Shown: piece by piece, positions 57,383-64,000 of the stretch | How the letters are laid out: each line of letters opens with the position of its first letter | Position numbering within the stretch: position 1 is the stretch's first letter | NCBI GenBank assembly: GCA_018818205.1 | Contig: JAHISJ010000024.1 | Span: 17,093 to 81,092 of the forward strand | Direction: 5' to 3' | From: Patescibacteria group bacterium | GTDB taxonomy: Bacteria > Patescibacteriota > JABMPQ01 > JAHIRA01 | DNA length: 64,000 bases | Made by a program: the position numbers and the translations under genes | Notes under the pieces: generated by a model | The model's input: only the letters and a program-made list of their open reading frames with translations | What the model was told of the DNA's origin: nothing | The model's database searches: none

Positions 57383-58516
57383 ATGACATTTGAGTGCACG
57401 AAGGAAAACTTGCAGCATGCGTTAGCAATAAATATGCGGGGGATAGACAATAAGGCCTCTTTGCCTATTTTGTCACACATACTTTTTGAAGCAAGGGAGA
57501 AGCAGCTAAAACTACTAACGACAAATTTGGAAATTGGCATCACCTCCTACGTGAGTGGTGTAGTAAAAGAGGAAGGTAGATGCGCTGTTCCTGCAAAAAT
57601 ACTATACGACTATATCGCCACAATGCCGCTTAAAAAAGTGACTCTCACAACAAAGGAAGATGCTCTTATTGTTGAGTCGGATGATTTTTCTACTTCGATC
57701 CAAGGATCCACGGCAGATGATTTTCCTCTTATCCCAGAAATTGAGAAAGCTAACACGGTGTACGTAAGGGGAGATGAAGTTAAACACGCGCTTTCACAAA
57801 TTATTTATGCTGCCTCTCGTGATGAGTCACGGCCAGAACTCGCAGGGATTTATGGTGTATTTTCTAAGAGAGGCATATGCTTTGTTGCAACAGATGGGCA
57901 CCGTCTTGCTGAAGTGACAGTGCCTCTCAGTAAAAAGGCAGAAGAGATAACGTGTATTATTCCCGGGAGAACGGCTCAAGAAATAGTACGTATTCTCCCA
58001 AAAGTGGAAGAGGAAATAGTGTTCAAAATTGACGATGGACAGATTCAATGCACAATACCACATGAGTCCTTCTCTGGCGGAAGAACAGAGCTTGTCTCAA
58101 AACTTGTAAACGGAAAATATCCTGAATACCAGGCAGTTATCCCTGAGGATTATAAAGCTTCAGTAGTGATCGACAGGCAACGGTTTATTAATTCTCTAAA
58201 AACATCCAGTCTTTTTTCAAAAAGCGATACAAATGAGGTGCAAGTTACCTTGGATAAGAAAAAAAAGAGAATGGATATTTCTGCTGAGGCATCAAGCGTA
58301 GGGAGCAATGTATCTCGCGTTGAGCTTGAAGATATTACAGGCACAGATCTTTCCATTTCTTTTAACGTGCAGTATTTGCTTGATGGACTTTCAGTTATTG
58401 ATACTCCTCAGGTGAATATGTCTTTTTCTGAAGAAGGGGGCGCTGCTCTTATTACACCAAAACAAAAACAGGACACTCTGTTTCGCTATGTGGTTATGCC
58501 ACTTGATGTAAATTAA
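57383..58516 (+). CDS. dnaN: DNA polymerase III beta sliding clamp
   Basis: 377 aa, three-domain clamp. N-terminal MTFECTKENLQHAL...LPILSHILFEA is typical. Confidence 0.9.
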   Translation: MTFECTKENLQHALAINMRGIDNKASLPILSHILFEAREKQLKLLTTNLEIGITSYVSGVVKEEGRCAVPAKILYDYIATMPLKKVTLTTKEDALIVESDDFSTSIQGSTADDFPLIPEIEKANTVYVRGDEVKHALSQIIYAASRDESRPELAGIYGVFSKRGICFVATDGHRLAEVTVPLSKKAEEITCIIPGRTAQEIVRILPKVEEEIVFKIDDGQIQCTIPHESFSGGRTELVSKLVNGKYPEYQAVIPEDYKASVVIDRQRFINSLKTSSLFSKSDTNEVQVTLDKKKKRMDISAEASSVGSNVSRVELEDITGTDLSISFNVQYLLDGLSVIDTPQVNMSFSEEGGAALITPKQKQDTLFRYVVMPLDVN

Positions 58517-58537
58517 AAAAATAAGAAAACGTGGGAA

Positions 58538-59014
58538 ATGATTGTACTTGGGTTAGACCCTGGCCTGGCGCGCGTGGGGTATGGCGTGGTGAGAAAAGAT
58601 ACTGCTGGCCTTACTGCCGTTGACTATGGGTGTATTACTACAGAAAAAACACTGCCGATTCCATCGAGACTTATGAGTATATGCGAGGATCTTGAAAAAA
58701 TAATAGAGCGAGTAAAGCCAGATGCAGTGGCAATCGAACAGCTGTTTTATTTTAAGAATGAGAAAACATTAATAGCTGTATCAGAAGCACGAGGTGTGTT
58801 ACTCTGTACTTGTCAAAGAAAGGTACTTCCTATTAGTGAATATACGCCTCTCCAAATTAAGCAAGCACTAACAGGGGATGGGCGAGCACCAAAAGAACAA
58901 GTGCAAAAAATGGTGGCAATAACGGTGCGGTTAAAGGATATACCAAAACCAGACGATGCTTCGGATGCTCTCGCAACAAGTATTTGTCACTTACAGAGTA
59001 TGAGGTTAGAATAA
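58538..59014 (+). CDS. ruvC: Crossover junction endodeoxyribonuclease RuvC
   Basis: MIVLGLDPGLARVGYGVV RNaseH-fold start with the catalytic D/E residues. Confidence 0.9.
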   Translation: MIVLGLDPGLARVGYGVVRKDTAGLTAVDYGCITTEKTLPIPSRLMSICEDLEKIIERVKPDAVAIEQLFYFKNEKTLIAVSEARGVLLCTCQRKVLPISEYTPLQIKQALTGDGRAPKEQVQKMVAITVRLKDIPKPDDASDALATSICHLQSMRLE

Positions 59015-59024
59015 GAAGAAGAAT

Positions 59025-60623
59025 ATGGTTAAAGAAAGAATCACACGTAGTATTGGCCTGTTTTTTATTGTGTGGTTTATTTTTTTTAGCCCCCTTGTTT
59101 TTAACTGTTTAGCTGAAGAAGAGCAAATAGAGGATACTGTTTTTCTAGAAGAAGATACACAAGAAGAAGCACAAAACACAGCAACTGAACTCCAAGCTAT
59201 TGCTGGAGAGGATAAAAGTGTTGCTGTTTCAAGAAAAATTGTTTTTGATGCGTCAAAGTCTGTTGTTGATTCAGAAAAAGAAACACAGTACTTGTGGGAC
59301 TTTGGAGATACCTCCGAGGCAGAGGGTGTAGATGTGTTACATGTGTATGATAAACCTGGGTACTATCACGTCACACTTACTGTAAAAAATGGAGATAAAC
59401 AAAAAACTGATGAGTTAATTGTCGCCGTGTATGAGGATTTGATTGTTCTTCTTGCAGACAAAGAAGTTGATCAAGAAAAGATTGTCGCGTTGAGTAGTTA
59501 TGCGGAAAGGCAAAATGTGCTTCTTACCACAGTAACGAATGTACGTTCAGGCACGGAATCTGTTGTGGAGGAGTCGTTGCTTAAAGGTCTTATAGAAGCG
59601 AATGAAGATGTAAAAAAGGCTGATATCATTATTTCCTGGACGTCGTCGGCTAACATTGGGCTTAATGTTCTTTCTTCTTTTGGTGTACAAACAGAGGATA
59701 GCCCAGGAATCGATTTTTCCAGAAAGGGTATTGTTGTTATTACCGACAAAAACCTTTCAACTGTGGCGCGAATAGCGCAATCGACGTTTGATGTTCTTGG
59801 CCCGGAGCTTATTATACTCACCAAGCCTGCAGCACTCGAAGCAGTTATTGATGCTCGGGTCTCAGAAAATGTCGTGAGCGAGGTGTATAGGACCGGTGTA
59901 GAGAACGTGCAAATAGGCATTCACTCCGAACGAGCAGTTGAAAAATTGGGGATTACAAACTTTTTGTCGTATACGATTAATTTCCTGATTAATAATGGTG
60001 TTTCAACAGAGAATGTAACATTGCTTCTTCTACTCCCGGTTATTGCAACAATTATTGCTTTTGTTAGACAGGTTTTAGGTGTCAAAATGCTGGGTATTTA
60101 TATCCCGTCTTTACTAAGCCTCACCTTTGTGGCAACAGGAATAAAATACGGTCTCTTTATTTTTATAGTACTTTTGGCAGTTGCAACTCTACTGAGACTT
60201 TTGCTTAAAAAAACAAAAATCCAGTACCTCCCTCGTATGGCAATTGTACTGACGGTAACAGCATTTGCAATTTTAACCCTTTTTGTAGTGGGGTCGCTGA
60301 CAAAAAGAACAGGTATTATTGAACTTTCAATTTTCCCTATTCTTATCCTTGTTATTCTAGTTGAGCGGTTCATCGAAGTGCAGATTGAAAAAGGGTTTAA
60401 AGACGCATTACGTCTTTCGTTTGAAACAATTGTCGTATCGATTGCTTGTTATTTCTTAATAAATTGGGAATCACTTAAAACCTTTATTATCGCGTATCCA
60501 GAAGTTATCTTGCTTACCGTCGTTATTAATATTATTGTTGGAAAATGGGTGGGCTTAAGACTTTCAGAATACTTTCGGTTCAGAGAAATCTCAAAATTCA
60601 TTAAGGAACGAGGAGAGAAATGA
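59025..60623 (+). CDS. Membrane protein: signal/TM + PKD-like domain + putative inactive-transglutaminase-like region + C-terminal 7TM bundle (7TM_transglut-like)
   Basis: PKD-like WDFGDTSE...YYHVTLTV. At least six C-terminal hydrophobic helices starting RQVLGVKMLGIYIPSLL. Stop overlaps the start of the downstream ATP-grasp gene (ATGA). Confidence 0.6.
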   Translation: MVKERITRSIGLFFIVWFIFFSPLVFNCLAEEEQIEDTVFLEEDTQEEAQNTATELQAIAGEDKSVAVSRKIVFDASKSVVDSEKETQYLWDFGDTSEAEGVDVLHVYDKPGYYHVTLTVKNGDKQKTDELIVAVYEDLIVLLADKEVDQEKIVALSSYAERQNVLLTTVTNVRSGTESVVEESLLKGLIEANEDVKKADIIISWTSSANIGLNVLSSFGVQTEDSPGIDFSRKGIVVITDKNLSTVARIAQSTFDVLGPELIILTKPAALEAVIDARVSENVVSEVYRTGVENVQIGIHSERAVEKLGITNFLSYTINFLINNGVSTENVTLLLLLPVIATIIAFVRQVLGVKMLGIYIPSLLSLTFVATGIKYGLFIFIVLLAVATLLRLLLKKTKIQYLPRMAIVLTVTAFAILTLFVVGSLTKRTGIIELSIFPILILVILVERFIEVQIEKGFKDALRLSFETIVVSIACYFLINWESLKTFIIAYPEVILLTVVINIIVGKWVGLRLSEYFRFREISKFIKERGEK

Positions 60624-62068
60624 GTTATAAGGGAATTTTGGGGATGAATGCGCGGAATTTAAAGTATATTCGCCCCAATAATCTAAAATCAAAAGTCCAG
60701 ATTGTTGACGATAAATACGCCACGAAAGAGTTGTTAAAAAAACATGGCATTCCAGTTCCTCTTTTTTATGGCGTGGTTGGCTCTGTCCGCGAGTTTGAAA
60801 ACTTCAATTTTAATAAGCTGCCACAGAATTTTGTTATTAAACCAAATAGAGGATTTGGCGGTGGCGGTATTTTAGTGCTCAAAGGAAAAGAAAAGAAGGA
60901 GATATTCCAAAAAAGAAAAATTGAGAAAAGAAAGTGGCTTGATAGCGATAGTAATGAGTTTACATTTGAAATGCTCAAGTCACATATCTTAGACATTATT
61001 GATGGTAAATTTTCTCTCTCAAACCAACCCGACACCGCGCTTATTGAACGAAAGGTAGTCGCCGATAAAGAGCTATTATCACTTTGTGGAAAAGGAGTTC
61101 CTGATATTCGAGTGGTGGTGTTCAATAATGTGCCAGTTATGGCCATGCTTAGACTGCCAACGATACGTTCTGGGGGGAGAGCAAACTTATTCCAAGGAGC
61201 CTTGGGAGTTGGGGTAGATATTGCAAGTGGTGAAGCAACCGCTGTTGTTGTTAAAACCCCACGGCGACAATTAATAGACACACATCCTGACACAGGAAAG
61301 GAAATTATTGGATTTGTCGTTCCTTTTTGGGAGGAGATCCTCAAGATTGCCGTTGAATCGCAGCTCGTTACCGGGCTTGGTTTTTTGGGTGTGGATATTG
61401 TGGTTGATAGAAAGCAAGGGCCAGTGGTTTTAGAGCTTAACGCACGTCCGGGGCTTGAGATACAAACGGCTAATTTAGAGGGTATGCAAAGGCGTCTAGA
61501 GCGGGTTAAGGGGCTTGATATTAAGACAGTCGAAAAAGGTATTCGTGTAGGGCAAGAGTTGTTTGGCGGAGATATTGAACGACGCGTAGAAGATGTTTCA
61601 GGTAAAGAAGTGGTTGGTATAATCGAGGAAGTGACACTGCTTAATGCCTCGGGAAATAAAAAAATAAAAGAGCTCGCCAAAATTGACACCGGTGCTGAGT
61701 CAACGTCCATTGATCTACAATTTGCTGAAAAGAAGTTAGGGTTTAAAGAGGTAGTGAAGACAACAAATAGATTAATGGAGGAGACAGAAGAAGAGGACCC
61801 TGTAAAACTTAAAAAAATACTTAAGAGAAAATTAGCAAAAGAGGATTCTCTTATTGAAGAATTTGCTGTTGTGCGGAGCAGCCATGGTATTACCGTACGT
61901 CCTTGCGTCAAAGTGGTATTTTATCTCGCGGGGAAGAAAAAAACAGCACTCGCTAATTTAAAAGATAGGGCGGGACTTAAGTATCAATTAATTATTGGAA
62001 AGCGGGATTTAAGAAACTTCTTGGTTGATCCAGGGAAAAAACCAAAAAAAGTTGCAGAAAAGCCTTAA
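60620..62068 (+). CDS. ATP-grasp ligase (RimK/alpha-L-glutamate-ligase-like) fused to C-terminal retropepsin-like clan AA aspartic protease (DTGA motif)
   Basis: N-terminal GMNARNLKYIRPNN...DDKYATKELL and an ATP-grasp core (GFGGGGILVL, VLELNARPGLEIQ). C-terminal KIDTGAESTSID contains the catalytic DTGA motif. Confidence 0.75.
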   Translation: MSYKGILGMNARNLKYIRPNNLKSKVQIVDDKYATKELLKKHGIPVPLFYGVVGSVREFENFNFNKLPQNFVIKPNRGFGGGGILVLKGKEKKEIFQKRKIEKRKWLDSDSNEFTFEMLKSHILDIIDGKFSLSNQPDTALIERKVVADKELLSLCGKGVPDIRVVVFNNVPVMAMLRLPTIRSGGRANLFQGALGVGVDIASGEATAVVVKTPRRQLIDTHPDTGKEIIGFVVPFWEEILKIAVESQLVTGLGFLGVDIVVDRKQGPVVLELNARPGLEIQTANLEGMQRRLERVKGLDIKTVEKGIRVGQELFGGDIERRVEDVSGKEVVGIIEEVTLLNASGNKKIKELAKIDTGAESTSIDLQFAEKKLGFKEVVKTTNRLMEETEEEDPVKLKKILKRKLAKEDSLIEEFAVVRSSHGITVRPCVKVVFYLAGKKKTALANLKDRAGLKYQLIIGKRDLRNFLVDPGKKPKKVAEKP

Positions 62069-62212
62069 AAAAGGCATTTGCTTTCCATCTATACATGTGT
62101 AATAATAGAGACACGGAAGCAAGTGTCGGTTCAATATAATATAAAAGTGCTCTTCAGGAGCCCCTTTTTGTTATTTTGGGATGTTCTTTGGCGCTACAAT
62201 TAACATATACAC

Positions 62213-63358
62213 ATGAAAATTGGTATAGTGGTTAACGATTTATACACAGAGAGAAGTCTTTTTCCTAATAAAATTTTTGCGCCCTATGGCCTTGGCATTG
62301 CGCTGGCCGATGCGTTAGTGGATAGGGGGCACGAGATAACTTTTTACGGAGCGCCCTCAACAAAAACAAAAGCAGCACTTGTAGGCGGGGATCTTTCCCT
62401 TGTTAGGGAAGTTCTTGAAGAGAAAAAGCAAAAACCGTACGATTTTGCGCTGACATCTCCGGGTGAGTTTAAGTTAATACGGTATTATTTTGAAGCTGCT
62501 CTTATAGAAAAGGCCTATAAGGACTTTTTAGCAGGGAAGATAGAAATTGTTCATTCGTACCATGGGTTTTTGTCTATATTTATTGCATCCCTTCTCAGTG
62601 ACGATACAATGGTTATGACCATCCACGACACTATTGCGAATAATAACAAATACTTCAACAAGTGGTTATTCTCTACCCACCCTTCGTTAAATTATGTGTC
62701 GCTTACGCATAAACAGCGTCTCCCTCTCCCGGACATTGACTACGTTGGAAACGTCTACAACGGTGTTGACGTTGACGAATTTACATTTAGTGAGAAACCC
62801 GGAGAATATCTTGCGTTTATGGGCCGGATTGTACGAGAGAAAGGCGCGCATATTGCGATAGAAACTGCAAAAAAGCTCAATATGCCGCTCAAGATAGCTG
62901 GAGATAATCTTGGAGGACGTGAGTCAGACGAGTATTTGTTAGAGAGTGTGCTCCCTGAATGTGACGGAGAGCAGATCGAGTATGTCGGGTATATCGAAGG
63001 AAAAGAGAAGGTAGCGTTTTTCCAAAACGCAAAAGCGGTGTTGTTCCCCATTCAATGGGAAGAGCCGTTTGGCATGGTTATGATCGAGGCGATGGCATGC
63101 GGAACCCCCGTTATTGCATTCAACAGAGGCTCAGTCCCTGAGGTTGTTGATGATAAGAAGACAGGGTTTATTGTTGACACTGAAGAGGAGATGGCAGCTG
63201 CGGTTGGGCACGTTGACGATATTTCACGTGAAGCATGCAGAAAGCAGGTAGAAGAAAAGTTTACTACAAGAGGAATGGCTGTCCAGTATGAAGAAATCTA
63301 TCAAAACGTGTTAAATAACACACATGGGAAACAAAGAAAAAGTTCAAAAGATTCTTGA
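62213..63358 (+). CDS. Glycosyltransferase family 4 (GT-B fold)
   Basis: EPFGMVMIEAMACGTPVIAF is the hallmark E-x7-E motif region of GT4. Confidence 0.85.
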   Translation: MKIGIVVNDLYTERSLFPNKIFAPYGLGIALADALVDRGHEITFYGAPSTKTKAALVGGDLSLVREVLEEKKQKPYDFALTSPGEFKLIRYYFEAALIEKAYKDFLAGKIEIVHSYHGFLSIFIASLLSDDTMVMTIHDTIANNNKYFNKWLFSTHPSLNYVSLTHKQRLPLPDIDYVGNVYNGVDVDEFTFSEKPGEYLAFMGRIVREKGAHIAIETAKKLNMPLKIAGDNLGGRESDEYLLESVLPECDGEQIEYVGYIEGKEKVAFFQNAKAVLFPIQWEEPFGMVMIEAMACGTPVIAFNRGSVPEVVDDKKTGFIVDTEEEMAAAVGHVDDISREACRKQVEEKFTTRGMAVQYEEIYQNVLNNTHGKQRKSSKDS

Positions 63359-64000
63359 GGCGAGCAAAAAAGTTTTCATTGATGCTGCTGTCGAAAATGG
63401 CGGCATTGTTGCCGGCAACACAGACATGTCGTATTATCCTCCTGGTGCAAAAAATTATCACTACGTGTGGCCGCGAGACGGTGCATACGTTTGTGTCGCT
63501 GCTGATATGCTGGGGGTTGATATTGCAAAACCTTTTTTTAAATGGATGTATGAGCGTCCGGAAAAATTTGAAAAAACGGGGCTACTGTACAGGCGATACG
63601 CGACCAATGGCAGACTCGAAGGGGAAGATTTCCAGCCGGACCAGCATGGTGCACTTCTTTGGGCTATAGCTGAGCATGTTAAAAACACTGACGATACTGC
63701 TGATGAGTATAAAGATCTTATTGTTCGGTTAGCGGAAGGGCTCTCAGAGCACTGGCGTGGCCATTTTTTTGATATAAACACCGTTGATCTTTGGGAAGAA
63801 GAAAAACGGCAAACGCTTGAGGAATATGAGAATACGTTTACCTACTCGCTTGCCGCGTGTAGCCGCGGGCTTTTGCTTGCGGATTTTTTGTTTCCACACA
63901 AAACCTGGAGAAATGTAGCAACAGAAATGAAAGAGCAGATGGAGAAGGCGTATGACAAAGAGCACAAATACTTTTTACGTACCAAAGGGAAAATCAACGA
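63324..64000 (+). CDS. Glycoside hydrolase family 15 (glucoamylase/glucodextranase-like); 3'-partial, continues beyond window
   Basis: Manual translation MGNKEKVQKILEASKK...GGIVAGNTDMSYYPPGAKNYHYVWPRDGAY... matches the GH15 catalytic-domain signature (VW(P/T)RD). Overlaps the GT4 3' end by 35 nt in another frame. Not in the ORF track because no stop lies within the window. Confidence 0.65.
   Translation, partial: MGNKEKVQKILEASKKVFIDAAVENGGIVAGNTDMSYYPPGAKNYHYVWPRDGAYVCVAADMLGVDIAKPFFKWMYERPEKFEKTGLLYRRYATNGRLEGEDFQPDQHGALLWAIAEHVKNTDDTADEYKDLIVRLAEGLSEHWRGHFFDINTVDLWEEEKRQTLEEYENTFTYSLAACSRGLLLADFLFPHKTWRNVATEMKEQMEKAYDKEHKYFLRTKGKIN

Noticed and set aside
60766-61911. 381-aa minus-strand ORF rich in Ser/Thr
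   Set aside because: Antisense to the ATP-grasp/protease gene, which carries strong family motifs. Low-complexity product, no SD.

Overview
This is an AT-rich (about 40% GC), gene-dense bacterial chromosome segment with around 60 protein genes, two tRNAs and many rho-independent terminators. Many genes have canonical GGAGG Shine-Dalgarno sites. The gene content suggests a small-genome organism, possibly Patescibacteria/CPR-like, but that is inference. Left part (mostly minus strand): a partial SLT/MltB-like lytic transglycosylase, a high-GC Pro/Glu-rich disordered protein, an ATPase_2+DUF234-like ATPase, ribH-ribE-riboflavin kinase, two paralogous secreted membrane-anchored proteins, a P-type Ca2+-type ATPase, a TrmB-like regulator, tRNA(CAT), tRNA-Glu, and an orphan ACP-like carrier protein. 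Middle: tsaD, valS, a PilB/GspE ATPase, gdhA, a DHH phosphoesterase, clpC/clpE-like, an SPFH protein, VanW, ruvB, a DEAD-box helicase, typA, queA, gyrA, rpsA, tilS, ftsH. Right: the chromosomal origin, with dnaA, DnaA-box clusters and an AT-rich DUE, dnaN and ruvC. Then a translationally coupled pair (7TM/transglutaminase-like membrane protein and an ATP-grasp fused to a DTGA retropepsin-like protease), a GT4 glycosyltransferase and a partial GH15 glucoamylase-like gene. Most unusual observations: (1) the 7TM plus ATP-grasp/aspartic-protease module sits immediately next to oriC. (2) A GHKL-ATPase plus STAS-like (DUF4325-like) pair overlaps by ATGA and has palindromic TCCCGG operator-like sites upstream. 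(3) A gene carrying an HExxH motif is split by a frameshift in an A8 homopolymer. (4) Three secreted enzymes (purple acid phosphatase, M23 peptidase, SGNH hydrolase) are each fused to FG-GAP beta-propeller repeats. (5) A family of G/C-rich palindromic repeat elements flanks the ATPase_2/DUF234 gene. (6) A roughly 110-bp tandem duplication lies next to a tRNA.
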